A stretch of 63,919 bases of DNA, counting the filler, from Chiloscyllium plagiosum (Eukaryota), in NCBI RefSeq assembly GCF_004010195.1. It is 5 parts of one record of this genome, joined end to end, with 100 filler letters (N's around TTAATTAATTAA, not from the genome) between each part and the next. Parts side by side here need not be neighbours in the genome. Positions count along the whole stretch, not along the records: positions 32,054 to 46,467 come from NC_057716.1; positions 46,568 to 59,570 come from NC_057716.1; 3 more parts are not named here. The stretch is one strand, 5' to 3'. Each line of letters opens with the position of its first letter. Position 1 is the stretch's first letter. The position numbers were made by a program, and so were the translations under genes. The notes beneath the pieces were generated by a model. That model was not told the origin of the DNA and did no database searches. It saw only the letters and a list, made by a program, of their open reading frames with translations. This document shows, piece after piece, positions 39,090-50,400 of this stretch.

Positions 39090-41155
39090 ATTATCTTTAT
39101 GCTCTGCAATTGTGGTATCCTCTATATTAGGTAGACAAAATGCAGACTGGTGACCATTTTGCAGAACATCTAGATTCTGTCTGTGAAAATGACATCAGGT
39201 TTCTAGTTGCTTGCCATTTCAACCCACCACCATGTTCCCATGACAAGATTTCTGTTTCAGGACTGCCGCAGTGCTCCACAGAGGCTCATCCCTGGAGGAG
39301 CAATGCCTCATCTTCGACTTACAGACTTCAGGACTCAACATTCACTCCAACAATTTCAAAGCATGAACACCTCCTTCCAGATCCTTTCATTAAATGGATT
39401 GCATTTTGCACAGCCAACCCCATTAATACCTTCTCTTCTTTCCTACCTCACTATCAACAATCCCTTTGCCAGTCTAAGCATTTCTCCCTCTATCCTTCAG
39501 CTCCACCTCCACCTATCCACCCACTCCTTCAGCCCCAACCCCAGTTCCCTGTCATCAGCATAAATGTAATTTTTCCCTCACTGCTTTCAGTTCTGAAGAA
39601 AGGACACTGGACGCAAAACATTAATTACATTGAACAATAGAATGTTATAGCTCAGTACAAGCCCTTTGGCCCCCGAGGTTGCACCAACATGTGAAATTAA
39701 TCTGATGCCCATCTAACCTATGTTCCATTATTATCCATATGTATGTCCAATGCCCATTTAAATGCCTTTAACATCGGTGAGTCTACTACTGGTGTAGGCA
39801 GGCTGTTCCACGTCCCTACTATTACTTGAATGAAGAAACTACCCCTGATATCTGTCCTAAATGTAGTCACCCCTCAATTTAAAACTATGTCCCCTCATGT
39901 TTGCCTTCACCATCCAAGGAAAAAGGCGCCTGCTGTCCACCCTATCTAACCCTCTGATAATCTTATACGTCTTGATTAAGTCACCTCTCAACCTTCTTCT
40001 CTCTGACGAAAACAGCCTCAGTTCCCTCAGCCTTTCCTCATAAGACCTTCCTTCCATACCAGGCGACGTCCTAGTAGATCTCCTCTGAACCCTCTCCAAA
40101 GCTTCCACATCCTTCCTATTATGCGGTGACCAGAAAAGCACGCAATACTCCAGGTGCAGCTTTACCAGTGTCTTGTACAGCTGAAGCATGACCTTGTGGC
40201 TCCGAAACTCAATACCCCTACCAATAAATGCCAACACACTATATGCCTTCTTAACAAACCTATCAATCTGGATGGCAACTTTCAGGCATTTATGCACCTG
40301 GACACCAAGATCTCTGTGTACATCTACACTGCCAAGATTTTACCATTAGCCCAGTACTCTGCATTCCTGTTACTTCTTCTAAAGTGAACTACCTCACACT
40401 TTTCCATATTAAACTCTATTTGCCACTTCTCAGCCCAGCTCTGCATCTTTTCTATGTCTCTGTGTAATGCACAACATCCTTCGGCACTATCCTTAACTCT
40501 GCCTATATTAGTATCATCCACAAATTTACTAACCCATCCTTCTACGCTCTCATCCAGAACATTTATAAAAATGACAAACAGCAATGGCCCCTAAACAGAT
40601 CCTTGCGTCACACCACTGATAACTGAGTTTGAGGATGAACATTTCCCATCAACTACCACCCTCTGTCTTCTTTCAGCTAGCCAATTTCTGATCCAAAAAC
40701 CGCTAAATCACCTTCAATCCCGAAACTCCATATTTTGTGCAATAGCCTACCATGTGGAACCTTATCAAACCGCCTTACTAAACTCCATATATATGACATG
40801 AACCATTTTACCTTCATCTACCTGTTTTGTCACCTTCTCGAAGAACTCAATAAGGTCAGTTAAGCATGACTTACACTTCACAAAACTGTGTTGACTATCC
40901 CTAATCAAATTATTCCTTTCCTAATGATTATAAGTCCTATCTCTTAGAACCTTTTCCAACACCTTACCCACAACCAAAGTAAGGCTCATTATCAAGGTTG
41001 TCTTAAACAAGGGAACAACATTTATTAACCTCCAGTCTTCTGGCACTACTCCTGTCAACAATGATGACATAAAGATCAAAGTCAAATGCTGTCTTCTCTC
41101 CACTGACAGTTACTGCCAGACCTATTGTGTTTCTCCTGCATTGCTGTTCTTATGT
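39090..41155 (+). mobile_element. Penelope-like element split by a CR1 insertion
   Basis: CGILYIR..TKCRLGDHFAEHL..VACHFNPPPCSH (frameshifted). pLTR GTTCTGAAGA...AAAACATTAA at 39590-39625 continues as CTCTCCAC..CTGCCAGACC at about 41090-41150. Confidence 0.75.
39628..41087 (-). mobile_element. CR1 LINE, 5'-truncated
   Basis: VPEDWRLINVVPLFK, SKFVDDTNIG, LYKTLVKLHLEYCVLFWSP...LRGDLIKTYKII. Confidence 0.92.
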
Positions 41156-43970
41156 TTCTAGTTTATCAAGATTGCACACATCATGCTAATGCACAAGAGC
41201 TTAAAGTGTTTGGGGTGGTTTCACTAATTCTCTTTTATATCAGTTGCATTCAACCTGGTTATGAAAATAAAAGTGACAATGGCTTTTTGATCAGAAAATA
41301 AAACAGCGAATATTGTTTCTAACTACCACTCACTGCCATTGTTCACTATTTCCTATTAGTAGTAATAATTTCCAGTCAATAATTTCCAAACAGCAATATC
41401 TGACCAGACACATCTAATGTCAACTTTTTCTAACTGGGAGAAGCCATTACTGCTCAGCAACCAGGGTCAATTGTTTTCAACTGGTGACACAACTGGTTGG
41501 CAACTGTATCAATGATTCCAGTTAAACTGTTTATTTCTTCTGGGAAGTCACTTCAACAGTAGGTCAAAACAAAATACATGCATCCGTAATGTCGCTGTTT
41601 CTCTCTTTATTGAAACCTTGGTTGATTAATGATCCGGTCAGCACTTCTGAGGTATATACGTGACAATCCTTTTGTCTTTCAGTTTAACTTGCACCCATAA
41701 AAAGCTTCCGTTATAAGTTCATTGAAATACGGCACAGATATTAGACTGTGAAAATGACAAATCATGGCTACAAATATCTGTAAAAAACCATTAATAGCAG
41801 ATGGGAGACACATTTTATTGATATGGCTTAGTCATACTGTATATCAGTGTGTTTAATGACCAGCTGCTCAATGTCTGCTTTTCTACATTAAAACTGGTGA
41901 AATTTCAAAACTACACTTAAATGCTTGTTTGATGCTGATCTGTAACTGTCTTGGAAATGTTTTCTTGGAAATGTTTTGTTTTATGCCATTAAATTTTTGT
42001 AATTGCGAAGATGATGAATCACTCATACATATTTAAGTCATCATAAATCCTGAGTTTGTAACATTAAAATTAAATATTATGTAATCCTTTGGCTATAGGC
42101 CAGGCAATCCTGTGTATTGTTGTTTCTGATGCTGTGAGTATTCATTTCTTTACATCAAGAACACTGAAGTCCCTTTCATGCATCAAGATTACATTATTCA
42201 CTCGCAATGAACAGAGTAGGTGGTAACCATTTCCTGTTTGTGACAATAAATCAAGACTGGAGGGTTTCAATCTGTTTGCATGCACATGATGGGGGATGAT
42301 TAACTCCAAATATAACTATCTACTTGAGAAGAGCTTTCAGTCAGGATTGGACCTCCTCATTTGTGATCACTAAATTGAGTGAAGTTTGGTGCATCATTAA
42401 ATCTTATGTATAATTGTATACATTTTCATGAAATTATAGAATCAAAGAATCGTTACAGCACAGAAAGAAGCCCGAAAAAAAAATCAGACCATTCAGCTTT
42501 ACTCCTCTGCAATGTTCTTACTCTTTGGGTAATTTTCCAAATCCATTTCAAAGTACTTGAGTGAAGTTGACATTCACCATACTATCAAGCATTATATTCC
42601 AGAGGATCATAATTCTGGGTTTTAAAAAGTACTGTTGTTATTACTTCTTATCCCAGTCACCATAAAATGACGTCTTCTGTTCTTGATCCTTCTGCCTATG
42701 AAAATCCTTATTCCTTCTATACTCCAGCTATTTGCCATAGTCCGTTTTGAATTTACCTATAAAAACCAGTGCCAAAAATCTCGCTTATTGATCATTTACT
42801 CACTTTCCATTAAGAATTTCAGTCTAATCTAATGTTTCTTTATAGGGGCAGGATTAGGCCATTCAACCCATCGGGTCTGCTCCAGCATCCAATCATGATT
42901 GATATGATTCTCAACTCCATTCTCCTGTCTTTTGCCCCATAGCCCTTGATCCCCTTACTAATCAATTACATATGCGGGCATTTCTAAAGATTGTGTGGTT
43001 CGAGTGGGAGGGAGTGAATAGGAACAGTAGTTGGTAAAGCAAATATGAAGCAAGGCACTTGTGGTTGAGAAAGGAGGAGCGTTGTCACGTCCAGCCTCTG
43101 ATAAATACTGAAATAGATATATACTGCTCCATAAGCTTGGTGCAAAGGGGATTGCTCTGATTGACACACCAGGTGGTAGTGGCAGGCTCAATGTTCCAAA
43201 CAATCACTTTGCAATAGCTGGAACAGATGCAGAAGGAAAAGGTAGACAATACAAGAACAAAGTATATGCAACAGTAACATATACTGAGTGAATGGCACAA
43301 GTATGCAGGCACAATATGTTACCTGCCAAGCTGTTACTCATCTACTGCTGGTCTATACAAGACGCTCGAACATTCTTACAGCTGTTTACTATTCATGCTT
43401 AGACTCCATCACAGCATTTGTTCAAGTTACAATTTATACCTACAACACGCTGACTTCATAAAATACTTTTAGGCAGCAAATAATGCAACTCACATCCAGC
43501 TTCGTAACATAGTGAATGATAGTGAAGTTGCCATAGTCCCAGAAGACCTGGGGCTACGAACTTGTGGAAATAGATGATTGGTGGTGTGTTTGATCTGAAG
43601 GTCACCATGCGTCAGACTAGGGTTGATGTTGAGAAGGCAGGACCTTCATGGTGACCTCATCTGGTATGGGAATTGAATACGAGTTGTCGACGTAACTCTG
43701 CATCACAAGCCAGTCATACAGCTAACAGACCACTCTTTATAACATGGATACACACTGATACACAGAATGTTATACTTTTTTTTAATCAGTAACAAGCCCA
43801 TTAGAAAATAGAACACAACATAAATAGAATGTAGTGGAAAGCAAGAGATATGTGTATTTGGAACAAATGGAAGAGTTCCACTTAGTGGAAAATCTAATAA
43901 GGAATGGATATTATTCATCCCCCGCAAGAGTGAGACCATAGCTACTGAAATAATTTTAAGCCTCTTTTTA

Positions 43971-43974
<4 letters not shown>

Positions 43975-44003
<29 letters not shown>
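43975..44003. repeat. (TA)n microsatellite
   Basis: Uninterrupted TA run. Confidence 0.95.
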
Positions 44004-44005
<2 letters not shown>

Positions 44006-44687
44006 CCCTATTGAGAAGATTACTCTCCAGCACTAATTTGCAGTAATACCAACCTAGAAGTTATTTACCACACAACAAATTAAGGTTAACAATGACAATA
44101 CATACCTTTAAAAAACATGATTGAAATAGATTTTTCTAATACAAGCACTTGGAGAGACTTTCAAAAGGAGCTGGTCAATTGTAAAATGTCTAACACTTTC
44201 ACAGGATGTTGATTAGTCTGAAATTGCTGAGAAAACCAGGTTTGCATCTTTATGGAAGTGTAAGATCTTGGGCAGAATTTTACTGGACCTCAGGATGCTG
44301 TATGTGTTAACCTGTTGGCATTGCTAGCATTTTCCCAGTGATTGGGAAGGTGGAGGTCAGCCTCATCCCCCTGAAGCCAAGCTAGGTCTTTAATTGGCCA
44401 CTTGAGGGCCCCCTAACAGCCTCTTCCTGAAAACACAGGTATGTTATCGCCTTACAAAACACCCTGTGACAGAGGGAGAAACTCCAGACAGCACATGCTA
44501 CATCCCTTAGAAACACTATCCATCCCTCTACAACATGCCCTGCCCCTAAATCATAAACACCTTTCTAACTGACCCAGTAATTCCAACCCAATCACCTGTT
44601 TTCTAAGACTGCTCCATCAGTCATGCTCCTGCCTAGTTGCAGTTCCATCAGTGGCCACTACTTCTGGTGGTGCTGCTCTGACTGAAG

Positions 44688-45138
44688 ATTAGATTAGATT
44701 CCCAACAATGTGGAAACAGGCCCTTCAGCCCAACAAATCCACACCGACCCTCCGAAGAGTAACCCATCCAGACCCATTTCCCTTTGACTAATGCACCGAA
44801 CACAATGGGCAATTTAGCATTGCCAATTCACCTGACCTGCACATCTTTGGGGAGAAAGTGAGGTCTGCAGATGCTGGAGATCAAAGTTGAAACTTTATTG
44901 CTGGAACAGCACAGCAGGTCAGGCAGCATCCAGGGAACAGGAGATTCGACGTTTCGGGCACAGGCCCTTCTTCAGACTGCACATCTTTGGACTGTGAGAG
45001 GAAACCAAAGCACCCAGAGAAATCCCATGCAGACACGGGGAGAATGTGCAAACTCCACACAGACAGTCATCCGATGCTGGAACCCTGGACCCTGGTGCTG
45101 TGAGGCAGCAGTGCTAACCACTGAGCCACCATGCCACC
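44688..45138 (-). mobile_element. HE1-type SINE interrupted by a PLE mini-element
   Basis: HE1 sequence is colinear on both sides of 44851-44976. Confidence 0.9.
44851..44976 (-). mobile_element. 126-bp solo pLTR / hammerhead mini-element with perfect 14-bp TSD
   Basis: TSD CTGCACATCTTTGG at 44837-44850 and 44977-44990. Minus strand reads TCTGAAGAAGGGCCTGTGCCCGAAACGTCGAATC...CTCACTTTCTCC. Confidence 0.88.
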
Positions 45139-45189
45139 TAAATATGGGGATGTTGCACGTATTTGGAACAGCATCACTAAGTTGCAGGA

Positions 45190-45410
45190 GAGAAAATTGA
45201 GTTTTCAGGTGTTATTCTAAATGTAGTTTTCCTTTGTTCATGTTTCATTCAAAAGTCTGAAAATAAATTCTGTTTTATTTAAAACTGCGTATTTCGGCCA
45301 GCTGCATCTCCCGTGGAATATCCACTCTACACCTGCTTAAACAACGGGAAAAGTTAGGGCTTGGGCTACCTTCCTGAATTGTTTTGAGGGTGTCTGGTCT
45401 GTTCTATAAT
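45190..45410 (+). mobile_element. LTR 3' fragment, same family as 20289-20962
   Basis: GGCCAGCTGCATCTCCCGTGGAATATCCACTCTACACCTGCTTAAA is a near reverse-complement match to 20361-20404. Confidence 0.65.
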
Positions 45411-45468
45411 AAGACATAAAGCCAGGCAACTTATAATGATTCTCAGCACTCAAGTGTCAAGGCAGCTG

Positions 45469-45538
45469 GACATGTTGCTCTACGTTGAAGAGCAGTCCAC
45501 ACAGACATGTTGCTCTACGTTGAAGAGCAGTCCACACA
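45469..45538. repeat. Perfect 35-bp tandem duplication
   Basis: GACATGTTGCTCTACGTTGAAGAGCAGTCCACACA occurs twice in tandem. Confidence 0.95.
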
Positions 45539-45909
45539 GTAACCACACTGCATGTACATCAACCAAATGGCTATATATGAAAGTTGAAGGGGATGAGTCC
45601 TCAGTCAAGTCTAGGGGGCGCTGTCAACAGGGCTACATCTGTAGGTGCAGTGCAAGCAGTCAGAGGGTTCTTGGATTGTCACATGGGGATCTGCAAAGAC
45701 AGCATTCAGAGGTATGGTCAATTATCATTCAAGGCTGTCTGTCCAAGTTGGCCATGGGGTTGGGCCACAGTCATGCTGAGGGTCTCGAAATGGTAATTTG
45801 GGGTGCAGGGGAAGAACAAAGAACACTGCAGTAGGAAACTCAGGGCAATGAATCAGAGATTAAAGCCAGCAACTGGGATACTGAAGGGACAAGGACGACG
45901 AAGGGGGAT

Positions 45910-46660
45910 TTATTAAAATGTGGTACTGGAAAAAGCAGAGCAGATCAAGCAGCATCAGAAGAGTAGGAGAGTTGATGTTTCGGGCAAGACCTTCCTCAGT
46001 GGTTAGCACTGCTTCCTCACTGTGCCAGGGACCCGGGTTCAATTCCTGCCTGGGGCAACTGTCTGTGTGGAGTTTGCACAGTCTCCCTGGGCCTGTCTGT
46101 GTAGGTTTCCTCCGGGTGCTCTGGATTTTTCCCACAGTCCAATGGTGTGCAGGTTAGGTGAATTGGCCATGCTAAATTGCCCAGAGTGTTAGGTGCAGGG
46201 ATAAATGTAGGGGAATGGGTCTGGGTGGGTTACTCTTTGGAGGGTTGGTGTGGATTTGTTGGGCCGAAGGGCTGAAGGGCCTGTTTCCACACTGTAAAAA
46301 AAAATTTTAAAAAAAGGACCAGGGAGGGGAAACGGAGCTGAGAAATAAATAGAGGGAGGAGAGTGGGTCTGGGGGAAAGGTAGGTGGGATAGCGATAGTT
46401 GGATGCAGGTAGGAGGTGAATGGGATTCGTCAGTGAGAAGGATGGAGCGGATAGATGGGAAGGAAGANNNNNNNNNNNNNNNNNNNNNNNNNNNNNNNNN
46501 NNNNNNNNNNNTTAATTAATTAANNNNNNNNNNNNNNNNNNNNNNNNNNNNNNNNNNNNNNNNNNNNGAGGTGATGAGGTTATGGATGGTCTGGGAGATG
46601 ATGGTTTGGTGGTGGGAAGTGGGGTCATGGTCAAGGGGGCAGTAGGAGGAGGTGTCTGCT
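45910..46660 (-). mobile_element. Penelope-like element split by an HE1 SINE and a gap
   Basis: Minus-strand CTGAGGAAGGTCTTGCCCGAAACATC hammerhead at about 45974-45999; G-rich pLTR resumes at about 46318; after the gap, ADTSSYCPLDHDPTSHHQTIISQTIHNLITS. Confidence 0.7.
45994..46316 (+). mobile_element. HE1-type SINE, slightly 5'-truncated
   Basis: Starts CTCAGTGGTTAGCACT, has B-box GGTTCAATTCC, HE1 core and tail, and an A-rich end. Confidence 0.9.
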
Positions 46661-46805
46661 GTGGATGAACGTTTGTCTCATGGAGTTGAATATGTGCGGC
46701 CCTGAAAGAAGGATTCTCGTCCAAAGACATCGGACTGAACCTTACGCATTTTTGGCGACATGTCAGTGTCGTGGGCCAAAATTTACCAAATTATCTGCCC
46801 ATTCC

Positions 46806-47060
46806 AATGATGCTGCCACTTTAAAAGGTTATTGTGCCCTGTTGTTCTTTTTAAGAGAGGTTTAAAGGCAAAGGTACCAACCCGCTGACTGAAGACAGCT
46901 TAAATAAATAGGTTAGGAGGCTGTCCATTTTTCTTACAGCCGGAATGGGATTGGCCAACTCTCACAGACCAGGCTTTCTCGCATTTTTTTAGCTTCAGCA
47001 GCTCGAAGCTGTTGGGGGTTACAGAAGAGTTGGAAACAGCAGTGAATGATTCCTGGCTGC
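46806..47060 (+). mobile_element. LTR 5' fragment immediately before the satellite
   Basis: ATGCTGCCACTTTAAAAGGTTATTGTGCCCTG aligns with ATGCTACTCCTTTAACAAGGTTATGGATGTCCTTG (reverse complement of the 20962 LTR end); GGGATTGGCCAACTCTC aligns with GGGAGTGGCTAGTTCTC. Confidence 0.5.
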
Positions 47061-47061
47061 T

Positions 47062-47462
47062 GAGTCCTGCAGGGGACCGGAGCAAATGAGCTGGCTCCCA
47101 TGGCAAAGCAGAGCAATCCAGCCGAGTCCCAGAGTGGAGTGGAGAGATCAGGCCGAGTCCCAGAGTGGGGTGGAGAGATCAGGCCGAGTCCCAGAGTGGG
47201 GTGGAGAGATCAGGCCGAGTCCCAGAGTGGAGTGGAGAGATCAGGCCGAGTCCCAGAGTGGGGTGGAGAGATCAGGCGGAGTCCCAGAGTGGGGTGGAGA
47301 GATCAGGCCAAGTCCCAGAGTGGGGTGGAGAGATCAGGCAGAGTCCCAGAGTGGGGTGGAGAGATCAGGCCGAGTCCCAGAGTGGAGGGGAGAGATCAGG
47401 CCGAGTCCCAGAATGGAGGGGAGAGATCAGGCAGAGTCCCGGAATGGAGGGGAGCGAAGGTG
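47062..47462 (+). repeat. 31-bp tandem array forming the left edge of the satellite
   Basis: CCGAGTCCCAGAGTGGRGTGGAGAGATCAGG x10 from 47122 with exact 31-bp period, plus two degenerate in-phase units (47062, 47093) and a transitional unit at 47432. Confidence 0.95.
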
Positions 47463-50400
47463 TCGATTCCTGGACTGGTGTGAACGTGTCAATTCCTGGA
47501 GTGGAATGAGTGAACAAGTCGATTTCCGGAGTGCAGCGAGTGAATGTATCAATTCCTGGAGTGGTGCAAGTGAACGTGTCGATTCCCGGAGTGGAGCAGA
47601 GTGAATGTGTCGATTCCCGGAGTGGAGCGAGTGAATGTATCAATTCCTGGAGTGGAACGAGTGAATATGGAGATTCCCAGAGTGGATCCAAGCAAATGCG
47701 TCGATTTCTGGAGTGGAGCAGAGTGAACGTGTCGATCCCGGAGTGGAGCGAGTGAACGTGTCGATCCCCGGAGTGGAGCGAGTGAATATAGAGATTCCCA
47801 GGGTAGATCCAAGTGAACGTGTCGATGGAGTGGAGCAGAGTGAATGTGTCGATTCCCGGAGTGGAACGAGTGAACGTGTCGATCCCCGGAGTGGAGCGAG
47901 TGAATATAGAGATTCCCAGGGTAGATNNNNNNNNNNNNNNNNNNNNNNNNNNNNNNNNNNNNNNNNNNNNNNNNNNNNNNNNNNNNNNNNNNNNNNNNNN
48001 NNNNNNNNNNNNNNNNNNNNNNNNNNNNNNNNNNNNNNNNNNNNNNNNNNNNNNNNNNNNNNNNNNNNNNNNNNNNNNNNNNNNNNNNNNNNNNNNNNNN
48101 NNNNNNNNNNNNNNNNNNNNNNNNNNNNNNNNNNNNNNNNNNNNNNNNNNNNNNNNNNNNNNNNNNNNNNNNNNNNNNNNNNNNNNNNNNNNNNNNNNNN
48201 NNNNNNNNNNNNNNNNNNNNNNNNNNNNNNNNNNNNNNNNNNNNNNNNNNNNNNNNNNNNNNNNNNNNNNNNNNNNNNNNNNNNNNNNNNNNNNNNNNNN
48301 NNNNNNNNNNNNNNNNNNNNNNNNNNNNNNNNNNNNNNNNNNNNNNNNNNNNNNNNNNNNNNNNNNNNNNNNNNNNNNNNNNNNNNNNNNNNNNNNNNNN
48401 NNNNNNNNNNNNNNNNNNNNNNNNNNGGAGCGAGTGAACGTGTCAATTGCCGGAGTGGAGCAAGTGAATGTGTCGAATCCTGGAGTGGAGTGAAGCGAAC
48501 ATGTTGATTCCCGGATGAGAGCAAACGTATTGATTCCCAGAATGGCGCGTTGCAAACGTGTCGATTCCCAGAGTGGAGCGATGTTGTCGAATCCTGGAAT
48601 GGAGCGGAGCAAGTGTGTCAATTCCCGGAGTGGACCGGATGTGTCGATTCTCAGAGTGGAGCGGAGTGAATTTGTCAATTCCCAGAATGGAGCGAACGTG
48701 TCGATTCTCGGAGCGGAGCGAGTGAACGTGTCGAATCCCAGATTGGAGCGAGTGAAGCGGAGTGGAGCGGAGTGAACGTGTCAATTCCCGGACAGGAGCG
48801 GAGTGAATGTGCCGATTCCTGGAGTGGAACGAGTGAACGTGTCGATTCCTGGAGTGGAGCGAGTGAACGTGTTGAATCCTGGAGTGGAGTGGTGCAAACG
48901 TATTGATTCCCGGAATGTCGCATTGCCAACATGTCGATTCCCGGAGTGGAACGGAGTGAACGTGTCAATTCCCGGAGAGGAGCGGAGTGAACGTGCCGAT
49001 TCCCAGAGTGGAGCGAGTGAATGTGTCGATTCGCAGAGTGGAGCGGAGTGAACGTGCCAATTCCCGGAGTGTAACAAGTGAATGTGTCGATTTCCGGAGT
49101 GGAGCATGTGAACGTGTGGATTCTCAGAGTGGAGCGAAGCAAACGTGGTAATTCCGGAAGTGGAGCGGAGTGAATGTGTCGATTCCCAGTGTGGAGCTGA
49201 GTGAACGTGTTAATTCCCGGAATGGAGCGGAGCGGATGTGTCGATTCACGAGTGGAGTGGAGCGAACATGTTAATTCCCGGAGTGGAGCGAACGTGTCGA
49301 ATCCCGGAGTGGAGGAGAGTGAACGTGTCGAATCCCGGAGTGGAGCAGAGTGAACGTGTCGAATCCCGAAGTCGGGTGGAGTGAGCGTGTCGATTCCCGG
49401 ATCAGAACGAATATGCCAATTCCCAGAGTGGAGCGAACGTGTTGAATTCTGGAGTGGAGCAGAGTGCATGTGTCAATTCCCAGATCAGAGCAAATGTGTC
49501 GATTCCTGGAGTGGAGCAGCGTAAATGTGTTAATTCCCGCAATGGAGTGGAGTGAACATGTCGATTGCCGGAGTGGAGCGAGCAAACGTGTCGATTCCCG
49601 GAATGGACTGGAGAGAACCCGTCGATTCTCGGAGTGGAGCGGAGTGACTGTGTCAATTCCCGGAGTGGAACGAGTGAACGTGCTGTTTCCCAGAGTGGAG
49701 TGAGTGGACGTGTCGATTCACGGTGTGAAGTGAGTGAACGTGTCGATTCATGGAGTGGAGCGAGTGAACGTGTTGAATCCTGGAGGGGAGCGAGTGAACG
49801 TGTCAATTGCCGGAGTGGAGCAAGTGAACGAGTCGAATCCTGGAGTGGAGCGGAGCGAACGTGTTGATTCCCGGATCAGAGCGAACGTATTGATTCCCAG
49901 AAAGGCGCATTGCGAACGTGCCGATTCCCAGAATGAAGCGGAGTGAACGTGTCAATTCCCGAACAGAGCAAACGTCCCGATTCCTGGAGGCGATCGAATG
50001 TGTCGATCCCGGAACAGAGAGATGGTGTTGAATCCTGGAATGGAGCAGAGCGAGTGTGTCGATTCTCGGAGTTAACCGAATGTGTCGATTCTCAGAGTGG
50101 AGCGGAGTGAATTTGACAATTCCCGGAGTGAAGCGAACGTGTCGATTCTCGGAGCGGAGCCAGTGAACGTGTCGAATCCCAGATTGGAGCGAGTGAATGT
50201 GTCGATTCCCAGAGTGGAATGAATTGAACGTATCAATTCACGGGGCAAAGCAAATGTGTCAATTCCCGGATTTGAGCAGACCGATTGTGTCACATCCCAG
50301 ATCAGAGATAATGTGTCGTTTCCCGGAGTGGAGCGAGTGAACGTGTAGATTCCCGGAGTGGAGCGGAGTCAATGTGTCAATTCCCCGAGTGGAGCGAACG

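Noticed and set aside
44270..44690. Possible non-autonomous Harbinger-type element starting GGGCAGAATTTTAC
   Set aside because: No matching second TIR or TSD was found; too decayed to support.
6161..46316. tRNA genes suggested by A- and B-boxes; recurring ORFs such as MGSTVAQWLALLPHS
   Set aside because: These are HE1 SINE heads and their chance translations, each followed by SINE core and LINE tail.
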